Translations under genes and position numbers: made by a program
Shown here: piece after piece, positions 20,996 to 34,049 of the stretch
How positions within the stretch are numbered: the stretch's first letter is position 1
Layout of the letters: each line of letters starts with the position of its first letter
From: Mobula hypostoma
Taxonomy: Eukaryota
Length of the DNA stretch: 64,000 nucleotides
NCBI RefSeq assembly: GCF_963921235.1
Contig: NC_086106.1
Location: 17,174,001 to 17,238,000, forward strand
Reading direction: 5' to 3'
The notes under the pieces: generated by a model
Database searches by the model: none
Told to the model about the DNA's origin: nothing
The model's input: only the letters and a program-made list of their open reading frames with translations

Positions 20996-22137
20996 AACTG
21001 GAGGAGAGAGCGATGACAGTCGGGGAATGATGTATTAGGGACATTTAAGACTCTGAGATAGGCAGATGGATGAAAGGCACATTGAGAACTAGTGGGAGCG
21101 GAGGGGTAGAAAGACCTTGGGGCACATCGGAGCCCTTAGGGTCTAATCTGTGCAGGTCTACGATCTCCAGGAGGGGTGGTGCAAATAGCAATTTATTTAT
21201 TTCCAAACGACATTCACCAGTTCTGGAGGTGTACGCTTTAAGTTCAATTCAAGAGTCGAGTTTATTGCCCCCCACCCCTGGGGATAACTTACAGACGACA
21301 ACAAGTACGGACCGTTCAGAGACCTTACATTCCGCCGGCCGGCGGTGTCCACGCTCTTGTTCACCGCTGCGTCCCAAAGTCTTCTCGTTCCCGGGATAAA
21401 TCCAACCCGACACCTGATCCCAAACACATCGTACGCGCTTCGTGTCCCCAGCCGGGGATCCAATGGGGATACGGGATGCCATGTCTCCGAGAGGGAGAAA
21501 AGTTTCCAGGCGAGGTGGAGGAGAGCGGGCGGCTGCACCGTGGTACTCAGGAGAAACCGACGCGGGCCAGGGCACCATCCGCGGAGTCGAGAGACGGTCA
21601 GCCGACGCTTCGGCTCGTGGGACCCTTGCTCCGGTCTCAGCTCCCGCTGTCCTCAGTCATTCGACCTCCGTCGCCTCCGGAAATAATCTCCAGCGAGGGG
21701 GGCAGAGGGTTGCCGAGATAAACCGCCGTCCGGTGCTATTTCACCGGCTCCGCACGCCGTTAGGACGTCAGGGTTAGGAAGGAATTAGCAGTGGTCGCGG
21801 CGAGGGCGTGCATACTCCAAACACAGCGCTGCCAGGTCGGGGAGCAGCGGCGAAACGACCGCTCTCCGACTGCGGACTTGCCAGAGTAGTGGCTTGCGCA
21901 CCTCCCGAGGCGTCAGCCGGCTGTCCCGCTGCAGAACGTTCTGCAGGAACAGCCCGTTCGACAGTGAATAGGGCGTTACTCAGAACTACGGCCGACACGT
22001 TTGCCAAAGACTTCCCCGGCTTCGGCGCCTTGAGGTGAGCCCCGGGTCGTTCCACGCCCGCAAACACAATGGAGCGGCCGACGCCCCGCCCGATCACAGG
22101 GGTTCCGAGGGTGTGGGGGAAGAGGAGGAGAGGAGGC

Positions 22138-22920
22138 TCAGTGGTGAGCGTGTCGGTGCTGGGACAGATCGGGCAGCCGGGCGAAGATCGCGCCACACTC
22201 GGAGCAGGAGAAGGGACTCCCGGCGCCTCCGGGCTCCTGACTCCGGGCAGGGGGAGCGGGAGATACACCCCTCAGGAGCCGCTCCCCTTCCCGGTGGGTC
22301 CGCCGGTGCGAGGCCAGGTTGGAGGAGTTGGCGAAACGGCGGCCGCATTCAGGGCAGGCGTAGGGCCGTTCCCCGGTGTGGACCCTCCGGTGGGTGGCGA
22401 GGTAGGAGGATTGTGCGAAGGCCTTGCCGCATTCTGTGCAGGGGAAGGGCCGCTCGCCGGTGTGGACCCGGCGGTGGGCCAACAGGTCATAGGAACGGGG
22501 GAAGCGCTGCCCGCACACCAGGCAGCGGAAGGGCCGCTCGCCAGCGTGGACGCGCCGCCGGTGGGCCAGTAGTTCGGCCGAGCCCCCGAAGCAGCCCCCG
22601 CAGTCAGGGCACGGGCGCAGTGCGCTGGGCGAGTGGGTGCGCCGGTGTCGCCGCAGGTGCGAGGACTGCGCAAAGCGGCGACCGCACAGCGGACAAGCGA
22701 AGAGGCGCTCTCCGGTATGGACGCGCCGGTGCCGCAGAAGGTGGGAAGACTGGGCAAAGCGCTTTCCGCACTCATGGCACGGGTAGGGCCGCTCGCCGGT
22801 ATGGACCCTACCATGGGTGAGCAGGTTGGCCGCTCGGCGGAAGCGCTTTCCACAGACAGGGCAGGTGAGCGGCTCCCTGCTGCTCCCTCCCATCTCGGGC
22901 GACATAACAGAGTCCGTCAT
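22138..22920 (-). CDS. C2H2 zinc-finger protein, 8 fingers, 260 aa, no KRAB
   Basis: CxxC..HxxxH fingers with TGERP linkers; ATG in GCCATGA context; upstream acceptor near 23161; minus-strand AATAAA near 21195. Confidence 0.9.
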   Translation of the reverse strand: MTDSVMSPEMGGSSREPLTCPVCGKRFRRAANLLTHGRVHTGERPYPCHECGKRFAQSSHLLRHRRVHTGERLFACPLCGRRFAQSSHLRRHRRTHSPSALRPCPDCGGCFGGSAELLAHRRRVHAGERPFRCLVCGQRFPRSYDLLAHRRVHTGERPFPCTECGKAFAQSSYLATHRRVHTGERPYACPECGRRFANSSNLASHRRTHREGERLLRGVSPAPPARSQEPGGAGSPFSCSECGAIFARLPDLSQHRHAHH

Positions 22921-23599
22921 GGCCTCAGGGGATTTCCCCCTCCCTCCCTCGGTCCAGAACCCAATGCCCAAGGACGTTCTCCCTTCTCTTCTTCCCGGAC
23001 GACTCGGTACAGGAAATCGGCGGGCCGATCAGCGTCTGCGGATGGGTGGGTGGGAAATTCCTTCTCTTCGTTCCCCGGGCCGGAGGGGTGGAGACGTGTT
23101 GAACTCTCTATGATTGGGCCTCCGAAGGTCACCTCTGGAAAACTGCAGCCTACCTGCGATCCTGGGGAAGGGAAGGGGGGGGGGTTGTGGGAAGCAGGGT
23201 AACGGAGTTAGAAGGGGGCAACCGGTCGGGCGGATCCTCCCGCGCGGCACCTGATACAGCGCTTTCGGCCCGACTCGTTCAAGCCAACCTGATCTGGATC
23301 CATTTTCCTGCGTTTTGCCGGTTTCGCTCTAAACCTTTTCCGTCGGAGTACCTGTCCAAATGTCTTTTAAATGTTGTTAATGTACCTGCCTTAACCTCTT
23401 CCTCTGGAAGCTCGTTCCATATACGGACCAGCCTCTGTATGAAAAAATATGCCCCTTGGATCCCCATTAAATCTCTCCCTTCTCACCTTAAATCCGTTCC
23501 GTCTAGTTTTAAACTCCCCTACCCGGGGTAAATAACTTTACTCATCTACAGTATCTATATCTCATAATTTTATAAACTTGTGCCTTGTGCCTATCTCCA

Positions 23600-24010
23600 C
23601 CTCTCTTCACCCTCTGAGCCTCCGGATCGGAGTTGCTCTCGATCAGCGCGGACTCCACTCCGTCAATGGCGACTACTGCTACCCACAAAGCCCTGCGCGC
23701 GTGAAACCGGTCTGCAGGCAAACCAATACCGCGCATGCGCACTGTCCGACAAAGGCCCCCCGCGGCTGCGGCAGCCAGCGGTCTCCGACCATCGCGTCTG
23801 GCTGCCGCCGACTTCACTGGAGCCTGTAGGTGGCGGTCAGTGCCCCCGGAACTCGACCGTCACCTTCCCCCCCGGGTCACCCGGCGCCCCCGCCATCGCT
23901 CACCCGTCCGCCGGCCGCACCCTATCGTGGCTTGCGCGCATGCTTGGAAGCCCCGACATGCGTACTGACCGGAAAACCGTTCCTGCGCCTCATTGCATAG
24001 ACGTATTCCA
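23600..24010 (-). promoter_or_regulatory. CpG-island promoter / non-coding first exon of the ZNF at 22138-22920
   Basis: CpG-rich; NRF1 palindrome GCGCATGCGC at 23731; donor GG/gtgagc near 23903. Confidence 0.6.
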
Positions 24011-24179
24011 GTGCGCAAAGTAGGCTGGGTAGTATAGCGGCCATTGACAACCAGCGCATCAACATCAGATTTATCAAAGTTCAAAATAACTCTATTATCA
24101 AAGTACATATATGTCACCATATGCAACCCTGAGATTGATTTTATTGCGGGTAATAACCATAATAGAATCAATTAAAGAC

Positions 24180-24730
24180 CGCACTAACTTGGGCGCACTA
24201 ACCAGTGTGCAAAAGACAACAAACTGCAAATGAATAAAGAAATTAATAATAAATAAGCAATAAATGTCGAGAACATGAGATGAAGAGTCTTGAAAGTACG
24301 TCCATAGGTTTCAGGAACATTCAATGATGGGGCAAGTGAGGTTGAGTGAAGTTATCCCCTTTTGTTCAAGAGCCTGATGGTTGAGGAGTAATAACTGTTC
24401 CTGAACCTGGTTTTGTGAATCCTAAGGCTCCTGTACCTTCTTCCTGATGGCGGTAGCGAGAAGAGAGCAAGTCCTGGGTGGTGGGTACCCTGATGTAGAT
24501 GTGCTCAGTGGTGGGGAAGCCTTTATCTGTGATGGACGAATTGTAGGATTTTCCGTTCAAGGGCATTGGTGTTTCCATACCAGGCTGTGATGCAGCCACT
24601 GAATACACTCTCCACTACACATCTATTGAAGTTTGTCAAAGTTTTGATGTCATGCTGAATCTTCGCAAAAGTCTAAGGAAGTAGAGGTTTCCTCTTAGTT
24701 GCACTTACGTGCTGGGTCCTCGGAAATCAT
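24180..24730 (-). mobile_element. Rex1/Babar-like LINE 3' fragment
   Basis: Same family as 54400-54750, inverted. Confidence 0.65.
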
Positions 24731-24819
24731 AACGCCGAGAAAATTAAAGTTGCTGACCAGTGAGGACTGGCTCATGGACCTCCGGTTTCCACATCCTGAA
24801 GTCAATAATCAGCTTCTTG

Positions 24820-25290
24820 GTCTTCTTCTATTCCATCCTCTGGCCTCTTACCTCTTCTCCTCTCCTGTCTATCACCTCCATCCCTCGTAGCCCTCCTTCT
24901 TCCCCTTCTCCCACGATCCACTCTCCTCTCCTGTCAGATTCCTTCTTCTCCAGCTTCTTGCCTTTTCTATGTTTCACCTCCCAGCTTTTTTCAGCTCCAG
25001 TCCTCCGCCCACCTGGCTTCTCCTGTCACCTTCTTGTCCCCCTTCCCCTCCACCATCCTTTTTTGTTATTCCAGCAGCTTCCACCTTCCCTTTCCCCATC
25101 CCCATTCCCCAGTCCTTTCCCCTTCCCCTCTTCAATCCCCTTCTCCATCCATCCTCTTCCTCTCTGCCATCCTTCCCCATCCATTTTCCAGTCCTGATGA
25201 AAGGTCTCGGACCGAAACCTCGCCTGTTCAGAGACGCTGGCTGACCTGCTGAGTTCCTCCGGCATTTTGCGTGTGTCGGCTTGGATTTCC
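24820..25290 (+). mobile_element. Penelope-like pseudo-LTR with a degenerate hammerhead (CTGATGA 25194 ... GAAA 25214)
   Basis: GTCCTGATGAAAGGTCTCGGACCGAAAC...GCTGAGTTCCTCC family motif. Confidence 0.65.
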
Positions 25291-26339
25291 ATTCTCGGGT
25301 GTTTAGATTTATTTACGCCGACTTAGGTTATATGAAATCTTTTGCTTTGCGGCAGAAACGCGGTGCAAAGAAATAAAGTTACTAAAAATTACAAAAAATA
25401 AATGGCGCTCAAATAGGAATAATGCGGGGGGGGGGGGGGTTCATGGGTTCATTGGCCGCTCCGAAATCTGCTGACGGAGGGGGAGGAGGTGTTGTTGTCG
25501 TGAGCCCTGCGGGCCTCTGCGGGGCGCCGTAGAGCATTGGGCGCCTAGGTTTACTCATTGTTCCTTTAACAAGAGTCGTTAAGCCCTTTTCTTTCTGGTT
25601 GATCTTGTCAGTTAATTGTGACTGTCACGGGTTTCCCGCACTTGAAGAGGACTCCCGTTTAATGCCTCCGAGGAGTCAAGCTAAAAAGGTTCAAAGGTTT
25701 AATTTATTGTCAGAGTACGATACAATTCTGATATTTGTCTTCTCCAGATAGCCATGAAATACAGGAAAAAAACCATGCTGTAGATGAAAGAAAAGGCATC
25801 AACCCCGCTCGCCTCCCACACCGCCGGCATGAAAAAGAAACAAAACTCGCAGTCGTCTCCCTCGCAGCAAAATAAAAATCAGCGACAGTAACAGTCGCCG
25901 ACCCCGTCACCCGCAGGGGAACAAACCATTCTGTTGGAGAGAATGCGTTCCTCCGAGTATCTGTCGGCATTCCGATGTCCAGCCTATCGTCTCCGGCTCT
26001 TGCCGGGGAATAGCCGCCCTCCGCTCCTGGGGTCGAGTCATTGTCATCACTCCCTGTGACCGAGTTCAGCTTCCGCCGAACCCGGGTTGAGTCGGTGCCA
26101 GCGACTGCCGTCCCTCCGCCTTTGGGCCGAGCCCTGCGAGCGCGCACCGTGACCATTCCTGAATCGTTCGCAGTTGGAAGTACATATATTATCAAAGTAC
26201 GTATCTGTTACCGTCTTCTACCCTGAGATTCACAGCCGGAGGAGGATCAATGGAAAATTACTCACAGACCGATAGACAACGGACATGCAAAGGAATACGG
26301 CAAAATGCTGGAGGAAGTCTACAAACTGCACAAATATTA

Positions 26340-26680
26340 ATGATAATATTAACCGTACCGATATAATAATACAGGATAAGCAGGCAAGAACAGTTGATCT
26401 AATAGATATAACCATTCCAAAGACACATAACATACAGAAATCAGTAAGTGAGAAACCCCAGAAATGTGCTGAAGTAAAAGAGGAAATTGATGGACTATGG
26501 AACATGAACATTGTCATTCATTGTCCCAACAGTAATATCTACATCCGGTGTCATCCCAAAGTCAATAGACAATAGCATTAAACAAATAGGCTTACACGGT
26601 AATATCTGTGCAAGCATTCAGAAAGCCATTATACTAAACACCACTGGAGTAGTCAGAAGGTTTCTAGCAATTGACAGATG
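26340..26680 (+). mobile_element. R4/Dong-like non-LTR element, restriction-like endonuclease C-terminal remnant
   Basis: NRTDIII.DK...V.LIDITIP...EK..K..E..EEI..LW, a PD-(D/E)xK RLE pattern; frameshifted. Confidence 0.7.
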
Positions 26681-26729
26681 ACGTGCTTCAACCTGCTTCG
26701 AGAGGGCAACCAGCGCCCGGGAAGACCGG

Positions 26730-27800
26730 GGTGACTACCGACCAGTAGCATCATCTACAATGATGAAGTACTTTGAGAGGTCGGTTATAGCTAGAATTAA
26801 CCCCTGCCTCAGCAAGGATCTGAACCCACTCCAGTTTGCCTGTCCCCACAATAGGTGTACAGCGGATGTGAACTCATTACATCACATGGACGATCCAAAT
26901 CCCTGTATTGACCACAGCTCAGCGTTTAACACCATCATTTCTAAAGTTCTGATCAGAAAGGGGCAGGACCTGGGCTTCTGTGCCCCCCTCTGCAACTGGA
27001 TCCTCGAATTCCTCACCAGAAGACCACAATCTTCGCGGATCAGAAGTAACATCTTCACCTCGCTGACGATCAACACTGGTGCACCTCGGGGGGGGGGGGG
27101 GCGGTGTGCTTAGCCCACTGCTCTATTCCTTCTACAGCCATGACTGTGCGGCCAGGCACAGCTCAAATACCATCTCTAAATGTGCTGATGTTGGAACCAT
27201 TGCTGGCAGAATCTCAGATGGTGACCAGAGGGCGAAATACGCCACCCAGTGGAGTGATGTCACAGTCACAGTCTCGCACGCAACGACGCTGAGACTAAAT
27301 AACTGATTAACTAAATAACTTCAGAAAGGGTAAGTCGAGGGATACACGCCAGACCAGAAGTGGAGAGAGTGAGCAATTTCATGTTCCGGGGTGCCAAGAT
27401 CTCTGAGAATCTAACCTTCGCCCAACGCAGCAAGAAAAAGGACACCACAGTGGTTACATTTCATTAGGAGTTCGGTTTGTCACCGAAAGCACTCACTAAT
27501 TTCTACGGGTGTACGGTGGAGGGCATCCTAACCGGCTGCATCACCGTCTGGTGGTGAGGCGGGGGCGGGGGGGGGGCGGTCTACTGCACAGGGTCGCAAT
27601 CAGCAGAAAATTGTCATCTCAGTGAGCTCGATCGTGGCCTCCGCGGTATCCCGGACATCATCAGGGAGCGATGGCTCAGAAAGGCGGCGTCCACCAGTGA
27701 GGACCCCCATCACCCAGGACATGCCCTGTTCTCAGGAAGGCGGTACCGGGAGCCTGAAACCAAACGCTCGGTGATTCAGGAACAGCTTTGTTCCCCCTTC
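26730..27800 (+). mobile_element. Decayed Rex1/Babar LINE RT region
   Basis: MKYFERSV...LNPLQFA...SSAFNTI...LCNWILEFLT.RPQ. Confidence 0.82.
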
Positions 27801-27919
27801 TCTCTTTCTGCTGTGTTTGTTTAACTTTATATATATTTATAATTAACAGTAATTTACAGTTTTCGGATCTTCCCCTCCCCCTCCCACTTTCAAATTTCTT
27901 ACTATCTCTTCTTTCAGTT

Positions 27920-27955
27920 AGTCCTGACGAAGGGTCTCGGCCCGAAACGTCGACT
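27920..27955 (+). ncRNA. Minimal type I hammerhead ribozyme in a Penelope-like pLTR fragment (about 27865-28010)
   Basis: AGTC-CTGACGA-A-GGG(TCTCGG)CCC-GAAA-CG-TC-GACT: intact core, stems I and II, palindromic ACGT stem III. Confidence 0.75.
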
Positions 27956-30900
27956 GTACCTCTTCCTAGAGATGCTGCGTTCACCAGCATTTGTGAGTGT
28001 GTGTTGCTGTAATTTATAGTTGTTATTATTTATGTATTTCATTGTACTGCTGCGCAAAGACAACACATTTCATGAGATATTGGACCGAATTCTGATTTTC
28101 AATCCCCTCCTGCATGCTGATTCATCACCGCCTTTGGTTCAGCCAAAACCAGTGGGGTCGTCAGCAAACTTAAATACAGCGTTGGAGCTGTGCTTACATT
28201 CACGGTCCGAAGCGTAAAGCGAGTCGAGCTGGGGGGCTAAGCACACAGCCCGGTAGTGTGCCTGTGCTGACTGGGGTCCGCAACTGAGGAAATCGAGGAG
28301 CCAGCAGCACAAGGAATTGTGGAGGCCCAGGCCTCGGAGCTTATTGATCAGTTTAGAGGGTCGTCGGGTTTGAGTCTTCCCGACGAGGAGATACATCCCA
28401 GGCGGTCGAGCAGCGTACCTGGAGGCAAAGCGCAAATCCAAGATCTCAGCCGGAAATAGACAGGTCAATGTTTCAGATCGAGACCTTTCATCCGGACAAA
28501 TGCAAAGCGCCGAGTGTCCAGTTTCCTCCGTGGGCCGCTGACTCCTCCGGCTTTTCGTGAGTTGCTTCAGATCCCAGCCTCTCACACCGAAACATCAACC
28601 ACCCGATTCCGCTGGGTTCCCGGGGCAGTTTGTTTCCTTAAGCGGAGCAACACCAAAGCAATAACGAGATAAACCCCTGGAAGAACAATGGTGCCCGAAC
28701 CCTTCAAATATGGCCGCAGTTTCTCCCCCACCCGGCAAGTTCGCCGGTGTGGGTGTGTGAGAGAGTGTGAGCTGTGTTCCAAGCCCTTGTCTCCGTCTCC
28801 CTCTGTCACACGTTCCCAGAAGGAGATGTTACGATACGCAGCCAAACGCGCCATTCCACTCTGACCCTCCGGAACGTGCATAGCCGCCGCGGCCGCGTTA
28901 TGACGACTCCAGGCCTTCCCGCTCACTGGCTGCCAGGTTTTGCGGCCAGGATTTCAGTGTGGAAGAAGCACCCGAACGGAGTTCCAGGGCTCAATCGTAA
29001 ACTCAACTTGGGTTACCGTCTAGCGTCTTGTTTAGTGCCCAGCTCTCGTTTCAGTCCCGCACCGTGTCTCGATCCCGGTCTCAGATACACCCGCACTAGG
29101 GTCCTGACATTCCTCGTCAAGGTCTCTCGTCACAGGAGGAGAGACACCGGCCTTGAGGAACAATGTCATCGGCCACAGCAGTGAGAATGTAAATGACACT
29201 GGTTTTCTCACGGCCCGAGCAGCAACTCCACAATAAAAAGCGCCCGGGACACCGCCTTCAGGTCTGGAGACGGTCCATCACGAGGGCAAAGAGCAATTTT
29301 TTTGTGTGGCACACCCTGCCAGAGCCTCGGCGACCTCCTTTCAAGTGTTTGTCTAGGAGGAAAGATTCTGTGAGCGGTCCTCCACGCCCTTCTCACTGCG
29401 CTGTTTTTTTTACGAGGCCGAATTGCGAGCTCGACACTCAACCCGGCACGGATGGAAAGCGTGCCCGGGGAGCGGCCCGACTGGATTCGAACTGGGGAAC
29501 CTTCGCTCCGGAGTCCGGCGCCGATGTCACTGCAAAGAGCAATAACGCTCAAAAAAGTCAGAACACCGATCTGAAAATCATGCCCGGCGCATGCGGCTGG
29601 GCATCGCGGGGAAACAGCGTCCACTGCACCAGTGACACCTCCCCATCTGAAACACGAACCAACTTCCACGCACGCTTCGAGGCATGCCAGCCACGAAAGC
29701 CGCCCCCTCTCCCGGGTGAGCAGCCACGGTCTGTAACAGCAGCGGACGTGAGAAGGTCTCCGCAGAGAGTCAACCCCCCACCCCCCACCCCCGTAAGGCG
29801 GCCGGGCCAGACAACATCCCAGGCCGAGCGTGCCCCCCACCAGCTCAGTGGCCGTCTCCTCGGACACCTTCACTCCTGCAGGCTGCTGTCCCCGGGCGCT
29901 TCAAATCAGCCGCCACCATCCCTGTGCCAAAGAACTCCCCGGTTTCAGAACTAAATGACAAATCGCCCAGACGCACCGACGCCAATCGCCATGAAGTGCT
30001 CTGAACTCTGAACGGGGTGTAATGCAGCTCCATTGCAGGGGGCATTGGACACTCACCAACACGCTTACCCACAGAACCGCTCCGGACAGATGCCGCAGCA
30101 TCTCGGTCTAAGTCATTGTGGACTTAAGAACCAACAGATCTCAGAGAGTCAGGATGCATAACCGCTCCTCCCTCCCCACCCCCGGGCTGTGCGTCTGAGC
30201 TTGTTGCTGTTTACTCTGCAACTTTACACACAAACTCCCGAGTTCCCCAGTGAAACCACAAATAGCGAGACGGCCCACAGGGAGCAGGTGTAAGAGCCCG
30301 AGGTCTGGCGCCGGGGGAATAATCTCTCCATCGTTGCCAAGACAAAGGTGGTGGTTACCAGCTTCGGGAGAACTCGCGACACAGTCTCACGCCGCACTCC
30401 ACATCGGCGGCGCAGCGGTGGGGACTGCGAGCGATTTCAGACTCTTGGCACAGCCTCTCATGGCCCCAGAACACAACACACACGATCGGGTAAGCTCGCC
30501 GACGCTACTTTCTGAGGAGGCTGGTGGCACGTCCGTGCCGGGCCACCCTACAGACACGCCGCGGCGAGCAGCCTGGCAAACTGCATCACCGCAGAACCCC
30601 GGCTCCAGCCGACCCGCCATCAAGGACACTTGTACAGAAAGGATCCGGAACATCAGGAAGGACCTCACCCACCCTGCTCACGGACTCTTTCTCCTCCTCC
30701 TGTCAGGGAGGTCCACGCCACGACCACCAGACTCATACTTTCCACAAGCAGTAAAGCCGATCAGCACCCCCACCACCATTATTACCTTTGTCACCTTTTG
30801 TAGAGACTCCTGTGTCCTGCGTCACTTTGTGGGCGTACAATCCATCTATATAAATTTATATTTGTGTTTTTATAAAACTTTTTTGTTATCTTATTGTATT

Positions 30901-32148
30901 TTTCTTGGGGGAGGGGGGCTGCATCGGATCCGGTGTCACAATTACCTTTCTCCTTTACACTGAGGTACTGGAAGTGACATTGAACAATCTTGAAGACGAA
31001 GCATCCATAGTTTAAATTTAAATTTAATTTCTGAAAAAAAAAACATCAGCAGTTACATCTGTTTTGGGCCTCTCTGTACATTAACTATACACCGAGGAAG
31101 CACCTCGGGAACGAACCGACCAACAGCAAGGATTGGCCGGCTGCTCTTCTGGAGTCGATGTCGGCTACCAGTCCGACTTGGAGACATTGTCCTGGCCGTC
31201 TCCTCTGGAGGTCCCGGGACACGCTGAGGTCCGCGTTCACGGAGAAATCCCCCTTAGTCGGGAATTGTGTCACTCCCCACGGCATGCTGACACGCGGGGT
31301 GGACATCAGTTTCCGGCGGTGATCGGAATTCCTTTCGGGAAGACAGTTCCCAGCACAGCGTGTTAGTGTGGATTATTGGCGGGGCTGTTCCGGGAGCACC
31401 CGTGCTCTGTTCCCATCTCCCCTATCCTCTGGGTCAGACGCACACCGGAGGTCACTGTGCCACAGTTCAGCTCTTCGGTACAGATATCTCCAAGGCATTC
31501 TGCGACACTGGATGAGGTTACGTCTCCTGGAGGTTGAAGACAGGATCGGACATCGAGAAGACATTACACGTCAGATACCGGGGGCAGGTACACAATACGA
31601 GTCTGGCTCCCTGAAGACTGGGGGGGGGGGGTAACAGGGGCGGAGGGGTAGTGACAGGCGCATGGGGGGTGGGAGAAGAGGCGAAATGGGTTGTATGTGG
31701 AAGAGAGAATTCCAGCCCCCCATGACATTTCCAGCGTCTTTCTACCATCCCAGCGAACTATCTTTTCATGGAATCCTCCTGCAGTGCAGGGAGACCCCGA
31801 CACCCTCTGGTGGCCGGGAGGTGGCATTGACCCCCTTTCTTGTTCCCCCAAACACCTCTTGGTGGCCGGGAGGTAGCATTGTTCTTTCCCGCACGCCGAC
31901 TCCCCTTGGTGGTATTAAGCCCTTCCTCTGTCCCTCACGTCCTGGTCACTGGGAGAGTATTCCCGCATCCCGACATCGCCTAGTGGTTGGGAGGTGGTAT
32001 TAACCCTCCTTCCCGCACCCTGGCGCCCCCGGTCACTGGGAGGTGGTATTAACCCCTTCCCGCACTGACACTCCTGGCGGCTGAAAGGTGGGAGGTGACA
32101 TTGGCCATCACCCTCCCCGCAGCCCTTCCCCACCCAACCACCGCTACC

Positions 32149-33168
32149 TCAGCAGCCCGCACCTGCCAGCCCCTGGTCCTCTGCCTCGCCCCGGGCGGTG
32201 TGGATACGCTGGTGCCGCAGCAGGTTGGACGAGTACATGAAGCGCTTGCCGCAGCGGGTGCAGCGGAAGGGCCGCTCGTCCGTGTGCACGCGTTCGTGTT
32301 GGGTCAACTCCTTGGCGCTCTTGAAGCGCTTGGCGCAGAGCGGGCAGCCGAATGGCCGGCGGTCGGTGTGCACCCGCTGGTGGGTCAGCATGTCGGAGGA
32401 GCGGGTGAAGCGCTTCCCGCAGCGGGCGCAGGTGAAGGGCCGCTCGCCGGTGTGGATGCGCTGGTGCATCATCAGTTCCTTGGAGCTTTTGAAGCCTTTG
32501 CCGCAGTCGGGGCAGGCGAAGGGGCGCTCGTCGGTGTGGACCCGGTGATGGGTCAGCAGCTTGGAGGAGCAGGTGAAGCCCTTGCCGCACAGGGCGCAGG
32601 TGAAGGGCCGCTCGCCGGTGTGGACCCGCTGGTGAGTCAGCAGGTTGGAGGACTGGGTGAAGCCCTTACCGCAGACGGCGCAAGTAAAGGGCCGCTCGCC
32701 GGTGTGGACCCGCTGGTGTGTCTCCAGCTCCGAGGGGTAGTTGAAGCGCTTGCCGCAGTCAGCGCACTGGTAGGGCTGCGCGCCCGTGTGGCTGCGCCGG
32801 TGCCGGGCCAGGTTGGAGGAGCGCCCGAAGGTGCGTCCGCAGGCCCCGCAGGGATAGAGCTTACCGGGGACCCCGGGAGCGCGGGGTCGGGGGGAGGGCG
32901 CCGGGCATAGGAGGCGCAGGGGCTGGCCCAGGGCGTAGGTGGGGCCCGGCAGTCCAGGGCCGGCGGGGAAGAGGTAGCGGAAGGGCGGGGCAGTGGCGAC
33001 GGCCGGGGTGGAGGAGGCGGGGGGCGGGCACCGGTGGCTTCCCTGGTCCGTGGGCGGTCCGAAGGCCAGGCCGCATCCTGAGCAGATATACAGCCTGCCG
33101 GCGCCCGGCGTTCCCCCTTCGTCTTCCTGCGGAGGCTCCGGGCGCCGCCCTCGCTCCGGGCTCCCCAT
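32149..33168 (-). CDS. C2H2 zinc-finger protein, 8 canonical plus 1 degenerate finger, 339 aa, Pro-rich N-terminus, no KRAB
   Basis: Within ORF 32149..33429; acceptor ttgctttgcag at 33178 just before ATG 33168; TGERPF linkers. Confidence 0.9.
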   Translation of the reverse strand: MGSPERGRRPEPPQEDEGGTPGAGRLYICSGCGLAFGPPTDQGSHRCPPPASSTPAVATAPPFRYLFPAGPGLPGPTYALGQPLRLLCPAPSPRPRAPGVPGKLYPCGACGRTFGRSSNLARHRRSHTGAQPYQCADCGKRFNYPSELETHQRVHTGERPFTCAVCGKGFTQSSNLLTHQRVHTGERPFTCALCGKGFTCSSKLLTHHRVHTDERPFACPDCGKGFKSSKELMMHQRIHTGERPFTCARCGKRFTRSSDMLTHQRVHTDRRPFGCPLCAKRFKSAKELTQHERVHTDERPFRCTRCGKRFMYSSNLLRHQRIHTARGEAEDQGLAGAGC

Positions 33169-34049
33169 GTCCCGGCCCCTGCAAAGCAAGAACGGCAGCG
33201 GGATTAGAAATCGAAACGGGGAACGGGTGAGGCCCCTCGCTCCCACCCCGACCGCTCTCCCCTTCTCCTCCCGGGAGAGAATTGGTTTGCAATGATCATA
33301 GACAACGAGGTACAGTGAGAACCCTTCACATGCGCTCCGTGACTGTCTGCGGAATGCAGAATAAAATATCGTGGTTACAGAGAAAGTGCCCTGTGGGTTA
33401 CCAGTTAGATGGTAAGGGCAATAATTCATCTAGGGGACCGTTCAACAGTCTTACAACAGCGGGGCAGGAGCTGCCACTGAGCCCGATGGGACGAGCTTTC
33501 AGGCTTTCGTAGCTTCTGCCCGAGGGGGGAAGGGAGGAGAGAGAATGTCCGGGTTGGGTGGGGTCTTTGATTCTGCTGTCTGCTTTGCCGAGGCAGCAAG
33601 GAGTGTCGGCGGAGTCCACGGCGCGGCAGGCCGGTGTCCGTGACGGGCTGCGCTGCGTCTGCGGGAGAGCGGTCGCCCGACCGAGCCAAGATGCGTCTGG
33701 ATAGGATGCTTTCTGCGGGGCGTCGGTAATGGCTGGTGAGGGTCAAAGGGGGAGACGCATAAGAGGGGAAAAATGCATGCAGAATGAAGTGCTAGAGCTA
33801 CAATGAAAGCGCAGCGCAGATGCAAGGGCCCCGACGAAGTCGATTGCGAGGGCGAGGACAAGATGTCTGGTTCGCCCCCTGGTGGGAGCTTGATTCGGGG
33901 GACAAAGGTGCGTTTGACCTCCCACAGCGCAACGCCTCACACTCGTCCGGGTCAAACTCTCCACCCACATGTCCAGAGGACACTTTAGCGGCTCGTTAAT
34001 GCAAATATCTAATCGGCCGAACTCAAAAGCAGAGATGGTGCAGTTACAA

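Noticed and set aside
32095-32910. Plus-strand ORFs over the ZNF genes (also 22035-22820 and 59679-60605)
   Set aside because: Antisense shadows of GC-rich zinc-finger codons.
33169-33429. N-terminal extension of the 426-aa ZNF ORF
   Set aside because: Runs through the splice acceptor at 33178 into LINE-derived intron sequence.
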